Positions 32,723 to 42,423 of a DNA stretch of 64,000 bases are shown in pieces (within the stretch, counting starts at the first letter, position 1; the number at the start of each line of letters is the position of its first letter). The stretch lies in contig JBKCUM010000192.1 in NCBI GenBank assembly GCA_046318395.1, forward strand, positions 73-64,072. The letters are read 5' to 3'. This DNA comes from Rubrivivax sp. (GTDB lineage Bacteria > Pseudomonadota > Gammaproteobacteria > Burkholderiales > Burkholderiaceae_C). The translations under genes and the position numbers were made by a program. The notes beneath the pieces are model-generated. The model worked only from the letters and a program-made list of their open reading frames with translations. It ran no database searches and was not told the origin of the DNA.

Positions 32723-34441
32723 TCACACCGCGGCGTCCACCACCATCTGCACCCGCTGCTGGCCGTTCCACTCGTCCAGGCTCAGGCGGTAGGCCAGCTT
32801 CACCTGTTCGGGCAGCGGTTCGTCGTGGCCGAACCAGATGGCGTCGCGCTGGGTGTTGCCGTGTTTCAGCCGCAGCTTCAGGTGTTTTTCACCCACCAGG
32901 CGCTGGTGGATGACCTGCACCGTGTCGCAGAACACCGGCGCTTCGAAGCCCTGGCCCCACACCTGGGCATCCAGCATCGCCACGGTTTCCGGGTTGAAGT
33001 GCTCCACCGCCAGCGGGCCGTCGGTGCGCAGCGTGCGCTGCAGCGTGGCGGCGTCCAGCCATTCGCTGGCCACTTGGCGCAGCGCGGCCTCGAAGGCTTC
33101 AAATCCACCTTCGGCCAGCGTGCAACCGGCGGCCATGGCGTGGCCACCAAAGCGCAGCAGCAGGCCGGGATGGCGCTTGGCCACCAGGTCCAGCGCGTCG
33201 CGCAGGTGGAAACCGGCGATGCTGCGACCGCTGCCTTTCAGCTGCCCGTCGGCCCCGCGCGCAAAAGCGAAGGTGGGGCGGTGCAGGCGGTCTTTCATGC
33301 GGCCGGCCACGATGCCCACCACGCCCTCGTGAAAACTGTCGTCGAACAGCGCCACGGCCGGCGGCACCTCGCCCACCGGCCAGGCTTCCACCACGGCTTC
33401 GGCGCGTTCGCGCATGCCGGCTTCCACCTCGCGGCGTTCGCGGTTGATGGCGTCCAGCTGTGCGGCCAGTTCGGTGGCACGGGTGGCATCGTCGGTGCTC
33501 AGGCACTCGATGCCCAGCGTCATGTCGCTCAGCCGGCCGGCGGCGTTGATGCGCGGGCCCAGGGCGAAGCCGAAGTCGAAGGCCGCGGCCTTGCGGGGGT
33601 CGCGTTTGGCCACGGCGAACAGCGCCGCCACACCCGGCTGCAGTTGGCCACGGCGGATGCGCTTCAGGCCCTGCGCCACCAGGCGGCGGTTGTTGGCGTC
33701 CAGCTTCACCACGTCGGCCACGGTGCCCAGGGCCACCAGGTCCAGCAGCGCGTCCAGCCGCGGCTGTGCCGCTGCGTCGAACAGGCCACGGGCACGCTGC
33801 TCAGCCCGGGTGGCCAGCAGCACATAAAACATCACGCCCACACCGGCCAGCGCCTTGCTCTCGAAGGGGCAGCCGGGCTGGCTGGGGTTGACGATGACGT
33901 CGGCCGCCGGCAGCACCACCTCGCCACCTTCGGCCAGCGCCGGCAGGTGGTGGTCGGTCACCAGCACCTGCAGGCCCTGGGCCTGGGCGTGGGCCACGCC
34001 GGCCAGGCTGGCGATGCCGTTGTCCACCGTCACCAGCAGCTGCGGGCGCGGTTGCAGCTGCAAGGCCAGGTCCACGATGGTGGGGGTCAGGCCATAGCCG
34101 TGCACGGCGCGGTCGGGCACCACGTAGCGCACGGTGCCGGGTAATGCGCCCAGCAGGGCCAGGCCGCGCAGGGCCACGGCACAGGCGGTGGCGCCGTCGC
34201 AGTCGTAGTCGGCCACCACGCAGATCTGGCGGCCCTGGGCGATGCTGTCGGCCAGCAGGCGGCCAGCTTCCAGCGCACCTTTCAGCGTGGCCGGTGGCAG
34301 CAGCTTGGGCAGGCCGTCGTCCAGTTCATCGGCGCTTTTCACACCACGGGCGGCCAGCAGGCGGGCCAGCAGCGGGTGCACACCGGCCTGCTCCAGCGCA
34401 AAGCTGGCGCGCGGCGGCACGTCGCGGGTTTGCAGCTGCAT
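32723..34441 (-). CDS. recJ: single-stranded-DNA-specific exonuclease RecJ
   Basis: Inner ATG 34441 (MQLQTRDVPP..). DHH-family motifs VVADYDCDGATA, VTDHHLP, GGHAMAAG. Its ATG shares one nt with the upstream TGA (TGATG). Confidence 0.9.
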   Translation of the reverse strand: MQLQTRDVPPRASFALEQAGVHPLLARLLAARGVKSADELDDGLPKLLPPATLKGALEAGRLLADSIAQGRQICVVADYDCDGATACAVALRGLALLGALPGTVRYVVPDRAVHGYGLTPTIVDLALQLQPRPQLLVTVDNGIASLAGVAHAQAQGLQVLVTDHHLPALAEGGEVVLPAADVIVNPSQPGCPFESKALAGVGVMFYVLLATRAEQRARGLFDAAAQPRLDALLDLVALGTVADVVKLDANNRRLVAQGLKRIRRGQLQPGVAALFAVAKRDPRKAAAFDFGFALGPRINAAGRLSDMTLGIECLSTDDATRATELAAQLDAINRERREVEAGMRERAEAVVEAWPVGEVPPAVALFDDSFHEGVVGIVAGRMKDRLHRPTFAFARGADGQLKGSGRSIAGFHLRDALDLVAKRHPGLLLRFGGHAMAAGCTLAEGGFEAFEAALRQVASEWLDAATLQRTLRTDGPLAVEHFNPETVAMLDAQVWGQGFEAPVFCDTVQVIHQRLVGEKHLKLRLKHGNTQRDAIWFGHDEPLPEQVKLAYRLSLDEWNGQQRVQMVVDAAV

Positions 34442-35406
34442 CACAGGCCCTCCAGCAGCCGCGCGGGTGTGGGCGCGCTCAGGCGGCCGCGCAGGCCGGC
34501 CCACCAGCCGGTGGCCGGCGCCAGCGTGACGGCGCTGCGCTCGCCGCACAACGTCAGGCGGTCGGCGGGGTCCCCTCGCTGCAGCAGTTCGGCCAGCGGG
34601 CCTTCGTCCAGCGTGGTCCAGGCGCGGGCCCAGCCGGCCAGGTCGTCGGCCAGGGCCGGGCCGCGCAGGCGGTGGTCGAGCTGCAGTGCCTGGTTCTGCG
34701 CCTGGGGCTGGGCCACACCACAACCGCTGAGCCAGAACGAGTTCACCGGCAACAGGCCACGTTCGGCCCGAGCGTCGTTCAGCGGGTGCGTGTACAGCAG
34801 CATCTGCACCTCGCCTTGCAGGCGGCGCAGCCAGCGCTGTGCAGCCTGTGATGCGGCGTCGGCCACGTTGCCATCGCCGCCCAACCAGCGGTCCACGTTG
34901 CGGCCCACCACGCGGTCCAGCGAAGCGCAGCGCAGGCCGGCCAGCTTCTCGTGGGCCAGGTACCAGCGCTCGCGGCTGCCCCAGTGCAGCACGCAGCCTT
35001 CGCTGGTGAACAGTTCGGCCACGGCGTCGAAGTAGGCGCGGCTTTCGGTGTCAGAGAGCATCAGCGCCGCCGGGTCCAGCAGGCTGACCTGGTCGGTGCC
35101 CACGTGCCAGTGCACGGGCGACAGCAGGCCCCAGGCCAGGTCGCCAGGCGGCGCAGCGTTGGCAGCCGCGGGTTCCTGCGCCAGCCAGGCGGCGGCAAAC
35201 GGCAGTTGGCCATCGCCCCCGGCCCAGCCCCAGGCGCGCGCCAGGGCGCGTTCGTGCGGCGGGCTGTAGGACCATTCGTCGCCGTCGTCGCGCGCCACCA
35301 CCGTCCAGCGCTTCAGCAGTTGCTGCAGCGTGGGCAGCGCCAGGCCGCCGAGGGCCGCTGCGCCAGCCCCGGAGGGCGGGCCGGCAAAAGGAACAATGCA
35401 GTGCAT
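34441..35406 (-). CDS. conserved hypothetical protein (RpfE-type, recJ-linked)
   Basis: Inner ATG 35406 (MHCIVPFAGPP..); 321 aa. Translationally coupled to recJ. A family of this kind is annotated RpfE-type next to recJ in other proteobacteria (from memory). Confidence 0.55.
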   Translation of the reverse strand: MHCIVPFAGPPSGAGAAALGGLALPTLQQLLKRWTVVARDDGDEWSYSPPHERALARAWGWAGGDGQLPFAAAWLAQEPAAANAAPPGDLAWGLLSPVHWHVGTDQVSLLDPAALMLSDTESRAYFDAVAELFTSEGCVLHWGSRERWYLAHEKLAGLRCASLDRVVGRNVDRWLGGDGNVADAASQAAQRWLRRLQGEVQMLLYTHPLNDARAERGLLPVNSFWLSGCGVAQPQAQNQALQLDHRLRGPALADDLAGWARAWTTLDEGPLAELLQRGDPADRLTLCGERSAVTLAPATGWWAGLRGRLSAPTPARLLEGL

Positions 35407-35543
35407 GGCGGGATTATCCGGCGCGCCCTGCCGGCCGCCGCCCCGCGGGCACCGGGGCCGGGGCTTTGCCGGCTCCGTTAGCATCGCCCACCCAGTTCGG
35501 GCTTCGTTTCACCCTTTCAGCCCCACCCCCTTTCCGGCTCGGC

Positions 35544-36800
35544 ATGAACCTTCCTTTTGAATGGCAGATCGGCTGGCGCTACACGCGCGCAGGCCGCGCC
35601 GGGCGCCGCAACGGCTTCATCAGTTTCATCAGCGGTGTCTCGATGCTGGGCATTGGCCTGGGCGTGGCGGCCTTGATCATCGTGCTCAGCGTGATGAACG
35701 GCTTCCAGAAAGAAGTGCGCGACCGCATGCTCAGCGTGGTGGCCCACGTGGAGCTGTACGAGTCCAGCGGCCAGCCCCTGCCCGACTGGCGTGCCACGGC
35801 CACCCAAGCGAAACAAAACCCGGCCGTCGTGGGTGCCGCCCCTTTTGTGGTGGCGCAGACCCTGGTGGGCCGCGGTGAAGAGCTGCGTGGTGTGGTGGTG
35901 CGCGGCATCGAACCCGCCGAAGAAGCCCAGGTGACCGACCTGGCCCGCAAGGAACGCGACACCACGCTGGCCACGCTGAAGGCCGGCGAGTGGAACATCG
36001 TCATCGGCCGCGAACTGGCCCGCCTGCTGGGCGTGCGTGTGGGCGACAAGGTGACGGTGGCCGCGCCCGGCGGCCAGGTGACCCCGGCCGGCGTGGTGCC
36101 GCGCCTGAAGCAGTTCACCGTGAGCGGCCTGTTCGAGGTGGGCCACTACGAATACGACAGCGCCCTGGCCCTGGTGGCCCTGGGCGACGCGGCCACGCTG
36201 TTCCGCAGCGGTGGGCCCACCGGTGTGCAGCTGCGCCTGGCCGATGTGCACCAGGCGCGTGTGGTGGGCGACCAGCTGGCCCAGCAGATGGGCCCGGGTT
36301 TCATCGTGCGCGACTGGACGCGCACCAACCGCAGCTGGTACGAAGCCGTGCAGGTGGAAAAGCGCATGCTGTTCATCATCCTCACGCTCATCGTGGCCGT
36401 GGCGGCCTTCAACCTGGTGAGCACCCTGGTGATGACGGTGACCGACAAACGCGCGGACATCGCCATCCTGCGCACGCTGGGCGCCAGCCCACGCAGCATC
36501 ATGGGCGTGTTCATCGTGCAAGGCGCCACCTCGGGTGTGATGGGCACGCTGGGCGGTGTGGCCCTGGGCCTGGCCGTGGCCTTCAACATCGACGTCATCG
36601 TGCCGGCCATCGAGCGCCTGCTGGGCGTGGCCTTCCTGCCGGGCAGCATCTACGTCATCAGCCGCATGCCCAGCGAGCCGCTGGCCAGCGACATCGTGCC
36701 GGTGGTCGTCATCTCCCTGGTGTTGGCCTTGTTGGCCACGCTGTACCCCAGCTGGCGCGCCAGCCGCGTGAACCCGGCCGAGGCCCTGCGTTATGAATGA
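35544..36800 (+). CDS. lolC: lipoprotein-releasing ABC transporter permease
   Basis: Inner ATG 35544 ([13 protein letters not shown]..). MacB-like periplasmic domain plus FtsX-type C-terminal TMs. Overlaps lolD by 8 nt. Confidence 0.9.
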   Translation: MNLPFEWQIGWRYTRAGRAGRRNGFISFISGVSMLGIGLGVAALIIVLSVMNGFQKEVRDRMLSVVAHVELYESSGQPLPDWRATATQAKQNPAVVGAAPFVVAQTLVGRGEELRGVVVRGIEPAEEAQVTDLARKERDTTLATLKAGEWNIVIGRELARLLGVRVGDKVTVAAPGGQVTPAGVVPRLKQFTVSGLFEVGHYEYDSALALVALGDAATLFRSGGPTGVQLRLADVHQARVVGDQLAQQMGPGFIVRDWTRTNRSWYEAVQVEKRMLFIILTLIVAVAAFNLVSTLVMTVTDKRADIAILRTLGASPRSIMGVFIVQGATSGVMGTLGGVALGLAVAFNIDVIVPAIERLLGVAFLPGSIYVISRMPSEPLASDIVPVVVISLVLALLATLYPSWRASRVNPAEALRYE

Positions 36801-37470
36801 CAGCCTGCACCCCGGCCCGGTGCTGAAAGCCGAAGGCCTGCACAAACGTTTTGTCGACGGTGTGCTGGACGTGACCGTGCTGCAAGGCCTGAGTCTGGAA
36901 GTGGCACGCGGCGAAACCTTGGCCATCGTGGGCGCCTCGGGCTCGGGCAAAAGCACGCTGCTGCACCTGCTGGGCGGGCTGGAGACGCCCAGCGCCGGCC
37001 ACGTGGCGCTGATGGGCCGGCGTTTCGACACCCTGAACGCGGCGGAACAAGGCCATTGGCGCAACCTGCACCTGGGTTTTGTCTACCAGTTCCACCACCT
37101 GCTGCCCGAATTCAGCGCGCTGGACAACGTGGCCATGCCACTGCGCATCCGCCGCATGCCGGTGGCCCAGGCGCGCGAACAGGCCGCCGCGGTGCTGGCC
37201 CAGGTGGGCCTGGGCGACCGGCTGCAGCACCACCCGGCGCAGTTGTCGGGCGGTGAACGCCAGCGGGTGGCCATCGCCCGCGCCCTGGTGACGCGCCCGG
37301 CCTGCGTGCTGGCCGACGAGCCCACCGGCAACCTGGACCGGGGCACGGCCGACGGCGTCTTCGACATGATGACGCGCCTGGCGCGCGACCAAGGCACGGC
37401 CTTTGTGCTGGTGACCCACGACCACAGCCTGGCTGCGCGCTGCGGCCGCAGCCTGACGCTGCAGCGCTGA
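36793..37470 (+). CDS. lolD: lipoprotein-releasing ABC transporter ATP-binding protein
   Basis: Walker [10 protein letters not shown], signature [15 protein letters not shown], Walker [12 protein letters not shown]. Confidence 0.9.
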   Translation: MNDSLHPGPVLKAEGLHKRFVDGVLDVTVLQGLSLEVARGETLAIVGASGSGKSTLLHLLGGLETPSAGHVALMGRRFDTLNAAEQGHWRNLHLGFVYQFHHLLPEFSALDNVAMPLRIRRMPVAQAREQAAAVLAQVGLGDRLQHHPAQLSGGERQRVAIARALVTRPACVLADEPTGNLDRGTADGVFDMMTRLARDQGTAFVLVTHDHSLAARCGRSLTLQR

Positions 37471-37639
37471 CACCGGGCGCTGCGTGGGGCAAACCTGCGG
37501 AAGGTGTGAGCAGCTGAGAACGCAGCACGCACGCCCGCTCGTGGCGCCAGGACGCGACCGGTTCATTCACAGCTTCTAAGGCCTTGGGCGGGCCCGTCAG
37601 CGGCCGGCACCGCGGCCGCGCACACTGCGGCGCTTGGCC

Positions 37640-38080
37640 ATGTTGCCCGCCCGCTGTGCTTTCACCGCCGTGAACCAGACCGCCCACCCCGGCGAAGCCG
37701 CGCCACCGACCGGCCCTTCTGCCCTGCCCTGTGTGTACTACGACGGCGCCTGCCCGCTGTGCAGCCGCGAGATCGCCACCTACCGCCGCGCCCGCGGCGG
37801 CGACCATCTGCAGTGGGTGGACGCCCAAGCCGCCGCCGCGCAAGACCTGGGGCCCGCCCTGGCGCGCGAAGACGCGCTGCGCCGTTTGCACGTGCGCCTG
37901 CCCGACGGTCGTTTGGTCAGCGGTGCGGCGGCCTTTGTCACCATCTGGCAGCGCCTGCCGGCCTTCCGCGCGCTGGCCGTGCTGGCCCGGGTGCCGGGCA
38001 TGCTGGCGCTGATGGAAGCGCTGTACCGCGTTTTCTTGCGCGTGCGTCCGCTGTGGCGGCCCCGGTCTGGCCCACCCTGA
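37640..38080 (+). CDS. thiol-disulfide oxidoreductase, DCC family (DUF393)
   Basis: VYYDGACPLCSREI motif. ATG 37640 (TTG 37634 in the track). Confidence 0.75.
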   Translation: MLPARCAFTAVNQTAHPGEAAPPTGPSALPCVYYDGACPLCSREIATYRRARGGDHLQWVDAQAAAAQDLGPALAREDALRRLHVRLPDGRLVSGAAAFVTIWQRLPAFRALAVLARVPGMLALMEALYRVFLRVRPLWRPRSGPP

Positions 38081-38147
38081 ACCCCACGCCCGGCGCCACG
38101 CCCCGGCTTTTGCGGCAGCGCAGCAAAGAACCGCCCGTCTCTCTAGA

Positions 38148-39035
38148 ATGCCCGGGGTGCACCTGATCAACGCCGACCTGCATTCGCATTCCAACGTCTC
38201 CGACGGCACGCTGACGCCCGAAGCCGTGGCGGCGCGGGCCCAGGCCCACGGGGTGGAACTGTGGGCGCTGACCGACCACGATGAATTGGGCGGCCAGGCC
38301 CGCGCCCGGGAAGCCGCGTTGGACCTGGGCCTGGGCTGGCTGAGCGGCACAGAAATCAGCGTCAGCTTCGCCGGCGAAACCGTGCACATCGTGGGCCTGG
38401 GTTTCGACATCGACCACCCCGGCCTGGTGGACGGCCTGGCCGCCGTGCGGGGCGGGCGCCTGCAGCGCGCGCGGCTCATGGCCGAAGGCCTGGCGAAGGT
38501 GGGCATCCCGGGCGCTTTTGAAGGCGCGCTCCGGTACGTGGGCAACCCGGACCTGATCTCCCGCACCCACTTCGGCCGCTTTCTGGTGGACAGCGGTGTC
38601 TGCGCCGACCAGCACGAGGTCTTCCGCAAGTACCTGACCACCGGCAAACCCGGCTACGTGCCCCACCAGTGGGCGCGCTTGGGCGACGCCGTACGCTGGG
38701 TGCGCGGGGCCGGGGGCATCGCCGTCATCGCCCACCCGGCGCGTTACCGCTTCACGCCCACCGTGGAGTACGCGTTGATCACCGAATTCATCGCCCACGG
38801 CGGCCGTGGCTTGGAAGTGATGACGGGCAGCCACAGCGCGCCAGAGCAGGTTCAATACGCCGACACGGCCGTGGAGTTCGACCTGCTGGCCAGCCGCGGC
38901 AGCGACTTCCACGCGCCCGGCGAGAGCCGTGTGGAACCCGGCACCCTGCCCGACCTGCCGGGCCAGCTGAACCCGGTGTGGGTGGCGTTGCAAGACCGCA
39001 TCCACTGGCCCGCGGGCCGGGCACCGGCGCGCTGA
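38148..39035 (+). CDS. PHP-domain phosphoesterase (TrpH/YciV-like)
   Basis: ADLHSHSNVSDG, ALTDHD, and later His/Asp motifs of the PHP fold. Confidence 0.85.
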   Translation: MPGVHLINADLHSHSNVSDGTLTPEAVAARAQAHGVELWALTDHDELGGQARAREAALDLGLGWLSGTEISVSFAGETVHIVGLGFDIDHPGLVDGLAAVRGGRLQRARLMAEGLAKVGIPGAFEGALRYVGNPDLISRTHFGRFLVDSGVCADQHEVFRKYLTTGKPGYVPHQWARLGDAVRWVRGAGGIAVIAHPARYRFTPTVEYALITEFIAHGGRGLEVMTGSHSAPEQVQYADTAVEFDLLASRGSDFHAPGESRVEPGTLPDLPGQLNPVWVALQDRIHWPAGRAPAR

Positions 39036-39179
39036 GCGCCGTGGCGGGGCGTCCACGGCCGGCCTGGGCCAGGCGCCGGCCCCGCCGCAGGCCGCGGGGG
39101 GCGTGTCCATCCCGCCGCGGCCGGGCTTCGTCGCACCAGGGCCCGCGCACCCCCGGATGGCCTTAGCCTTCCGAGCAAG

Positions 39180-40580
39180 ATGCCTGCCGCACCCGCCAAC
39201 GCCCCCCACCCCACGCTGCCGCCACCGCTGGACGCGCCCTTGCCTGTGGAACTGGCGGGCCGCCACCACGGCTGGTTCACCGACTACCGCCGCTACCCCG
39301 TGTTCAGCCGGCCCTGGCTGCGTGGCCGTTTGCTGCGCCTGCTGGGCCTGCACGCGGCGCTGATCCTGCTGGCGGCCCTGGCCATCGCCTTCATGCCGGC
39401 CACCGAAACGCGGCCCTGGGCCGGCCTGGCCGAAGTGCTGGTGAACTGGCTCTGGCTGTTGCTGCTGGGGCCGGCCTTGGCGGGCGCCGTGCGCCGGCGC
39501 CACTGGCCGGCGCAGCGCGAGTGGTGGGCCTTGTGCGCCGTGGTGGCGGCCATGGTGTTGGCCGACCAGGCCTTCAACCGCTGGGCCGCTGAACCGCTGA
39601 AGCAGGCCGTGTCGGAAGCGCTGGGCCAGGTGGGGCCCGATGGCAAGCGCAAGCGGGTGGTGGTGATGGTGGGCGTGACGCTGGGCGCGCACGACGAAGA
39701 CCACAACCGCCCGAACGGCCGGCCCGGCCTGCCCAGCGATGCGGCCGCTTCAGGACCAACGGGCGCACCGTCCATGGCGGGTGGGGCCGACCGCCCACAG
39801 CCCGACGCGCTGCAGGTGTCCAACCTGCTGACCCGCGCGGCCATCGCCTTTGTGCTGTCGGGCGGCCTGGGGCTGATGGCCTGGCGGCGTGAACGCGCCG
39901 GCCTGCAAGCGCTGGCCGCCGAACGCGCGCTGGCCGAAGCCCAGGCCATGCGGCGCGAGGCCGAGCTGCGCCTGTCGGTGCTGGCCGCGCAGGTGGAACC
40001 GCACTTCCTGTTCAACACCCTGGCCGGTGTGCGCAGCGCCATCAACAGCGACCCCGCACGCGCCAGCGTGATGATCGACCACCTGGTGGAGTACCTGCGC
40101 GCGGCCATCCCACGCCTGCGCAGCGACGGCACGGCCCAGGCCACGGTGGGGGCGCAGTTCGACACCTTGCGCGCCTACCTGGGCCTGATGGCCGCGCGCA
40201 TGCCCCGGCTGAGCTGGCAGGTCGAGGCGTCCGACGCCTTGCTGGCCGCGCAGTGCCCGCCGTTGATGCTGATCTCGCTGGTGGAAAACGCCGTCAAGCA
40301 CGGCGTGGAACCCAAACGCGGCCCAGCCCACATCCGCGTGACCGCCACACGCACGGAAGACGGCCGACTGGCTTTGACCGTGGAAGACGACGGCGTGGGC
40401 TTCGGCCACAGCGCCGCCGGCACCGGCCTGGGCCTGGCCAACGTGCGCGAGCGCCTGGCGCAGTTGCACGGTGCACAAGGCAGCCTGACACTGCGGGCGC
40501 GCCCAGAGGGCGGTGTGTCGGCCACGCTGACGGTGCCGCTTGAATTCGCCGGCCCGGAGGCCAGCGCCGCCCCCCGCTGA
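39180..40580 (+). CDS. sensor histidine kinase, LytS/YehU-type (His_kinase + HATPase)
   Basis: N-terminal TM region. Coiled linker, then VEPHFLFNTLAGVRS (LytS-type H-box). ATPase boxes LVENAVKHG, DDGVGF, GTGLGLANVRERL. Confidence 0.8.
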   Translation: MPAAPANAPHPTLPPPLDAPLPVELAGRHHGWFTDYRRYPVFSRPWLRGRLLRLLGLHAALILLAALAIAFMPATETRPWAGLAEVLVNWLWLLLLGPALAGAVRRRHWPAQREWWALCAVVAAMVLADQAFNRWAAEPLKQAVSEALGQVGPDGKRKRVVVMVGVTLGAHDEDHNRPNGRPGLPSDAAASGPTGAPSMAGGADRPQPDALQVSNLLTRAAIAFVLSGGLGLMAWRRERAGLQALAAERALAEAQAMRREAELRLSVLAAQVEPHFLFNTLAGVRSAINSDPARASVMIDHLVEYLRAAIPRLRSDGTAQATVGAQFDTLRAYLGLMAARMPRLSWQVEASDALLAAQCPPLMLISLVENAVKHGVEPKRGPAHIRVTATRTEDGRLALTVEDDGVGFGHSAAGTGLGLANVRERLAQLHGAQGSLTLRARPEGGVSATLTVPLEFAGPEASAAPR

Positions 40581-40621
40581 ACAGCCCCCCACCAACACGC
40601 CTTTTTCCGCCGTCCACCACC

Positions 40622-41446
40622 GTGCCGCATACGAACCCGCCCACCGCCCTGATCGCCGACGACGAAGACCTGCCACGCGCCGAACTGCGCCGCATGCTGG
40701 CCCAAGCCTGGCCAGAACTGCGGGTGGTGGCCGAGTGCGAAGACGGTGTCGGCGCCATCGAGGCGCTGGAGCAGCACCGGCCCGACGTGGCCTTTCTGGA
40801 CATCCGCATGCCCGGCCGCAGCGGGCTGGACGTGGCGCGGGCGGCCAGCGGCCGCTGCCACACGGTGTTCACCACGGCCTACGACAGCCACGCCGTGGAA
40901 GCCTTCGAGGCTGGCGCCGTGGACTACCTGCTCAAGCCGGTGCTGGCCCAGCGCCTGGCCGACACGGTGGCGCGGCTGCGCGAACGGCTGGCCTCGCCCG
41001 CACCGGCGCCGCTGCTCGACGACCTGCTGCAGCGCCTGGGCCAGCAGTGGCCGCCCGGCCGCGGGGCGGGTGGCGGTGGTGCGGGTCCTGGTGCTGGCGC
41101 TGGTGCTGGTGCCACCCCGGCGCCGCTGCGCTGGATCAGCGCCAGCGTGGGCGACGTGATCAAGATGTTCGGCATCGACGAGGTGCTGTTCTTCCAGAGC
41201 GACGAAAAGTACACCCGGGTGGCCACCGCCCACGACGAAGCCCACATCCGCAAGGCGCTGAAGGACATCGCCGAAAGCCTGGACCCCGAGGTCTTCTGGC
41301 AGGTGCACCGCGGCACCATCGTGCGGGCGTCGGCCATCGCGCGCGCGCAGCGCGACGAACTGGGCCGCATCACGCTGCACCTGAAGGGCCACGAAGAAAA
41401 GCTGGCGGTCAGCCAGGCCTACGCCTGGCGGTTCAAGCCCATGTGA
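40622..41446 (+). CDS. LytTR-family response regulator
   Basis: REC domain (ALIADDEDL..DVAFLDIRMPG). Gly/Ala-rich linker. LytTR domain (VLFFQSDEKYTRV..). GTG start. Confidence 0.85.
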   Translation: MPHTNPPTALIADDEDLPRAELRRMLAQAWPELRVVAECEDGVGAIEALEQHRPDVAFLDIRMPGRSGLDVARAASGRCHTVFTTAYDSHAVEAFEAGAVDYLLKPVLAQRLADTVARLRERLASPAPAPLLDDLLQRLGQQWPPGRGAGGGGAGPGAGAGAGATPAPLRWISASVGDVIKMFGIDEVLFFQSDEKYTRVATAHDEAHIRKALKDIAESLDPEVFWQVHRGTIVRASAIARAQRDELGRITLHLKGHEEKLAVSQAYAWRFKPM

Positions 41447-41563
41447 GGCCGGCCAACGGCGGGGCTTGTACACAAACGTGGGTTTGACGGCACCGACGCC
41501 GGCGCGCAGGCTGTGTCCGGTGGCACTGCGCTCCGTGGTGCCCGCCCACCGGAGTTGACCACC

Positions 41564-42352
41564 ATGTGCATCACCCGAACCGTTGGCCGCTACGGCCGCA
41601 ACGACAACGCCGATGTGCGCATCGTGCAGTTGCTGTTCAACATGAACCGGCCCCGGTTCGCCGCCGGCGCCCCCGAGGCGCTGAAGGCCGACGGGCAGAT
41701 CGGCCCCAAGACCATCGCGGCCATCGAGTACGTGGAAAACGTGTGGCTGGGCGGCCAGGGCAGCGACGGCCTGGTGGCCCCGGGCGACGCCACGGTGCGT
41801 GCGCTGCTGGCGGCCCTGCCGGCCGGGCCCTCGGAAGACAAGTTGTCGCTGGTGCTGCCGCGGGCCATGCCCCAGCGCATCAGCCTCTTCTACCCGGGCC
41901 TGCTCGACGCCATGCAGCGCTACGGCATCACCAGCCCGCTGCAGATCGCCCACTTCATCGCGCAGCTGGGGCACGAATCGGCATCGTTCCTGTACACCGA
42001 AGAACTCGCCGACGGCCGCGCTTACGAGGGCCGCAAAGACCTGGGCAACGTGGTCGACGGCGACGGGCCGCGCTACAAGGGCCGCGGGCTTATCCAGCTG
42101 ACCGGGCGCGCCAACTACGCGGCCTATGGCGCCTATTGCGACAAGGACTACCTGTCGCACCCCGAGGTGCTGGCCCAAGACCCCGCCGTGGCCGTGGACG
42201 TGGCCTGCTGGTTCTGGAAGACCCGCGGCCTGGGCCCCCTGGCCGACGCCGACGACGCCAAGGCCGTGACGCGCCGCATCAACGGCGGCTACAACGGCCT
42301 GGACGACCGGCTGGAGTACCTGGGGCGCGCCAAGGCCTTGCTGGGGCTGTAG
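41564..42352 (+). CDS. glycoside hydrolase family 19 (lysozyme/chitinase-like) with N-terminal peptidoglycan-binding-like domain
   Basis: Inner ATG 41564 with GGAG upstream. N-terminal DGQIGPKTIAAI (PG-binding-like). GH19 core IAHFIAQLGHESASFLYTEEL, YKGRGLIQLTGRANY, INGGYNGLDDR. No signal peptide evident. Confidence 0.8.
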   Translation: MCITRTVGRYGRNDNADVRIVQLLFNMNRPRFAAGAPEALKADGQIGPKTIAAIEYVENVWLGGQGSDGLVAPGDATVRALLAALPAGPSEDKLSLVLPRAMPQRISLFYPGLLDAMQRYGITSPLQIAHFIAQLGHESASFLYTEELADGRAYEGRKDLGNVVDGDGPRYKGRGLIQLTGRANYAAYGAYCDKDYLSHPEVLAQDPAVAVDVACWFWKTRGLGPLADADDAKAVTRRINGGYNGLDDRLEYLGRAKALLGL

Positions 42353-42423
42353 GCCCCCCCGTGTGGGTGGCGGCAGCGTCGGCCAAGCCTCAAGGTCGGC
42401 GCCGCCAGGCCGATAGACCGTCG

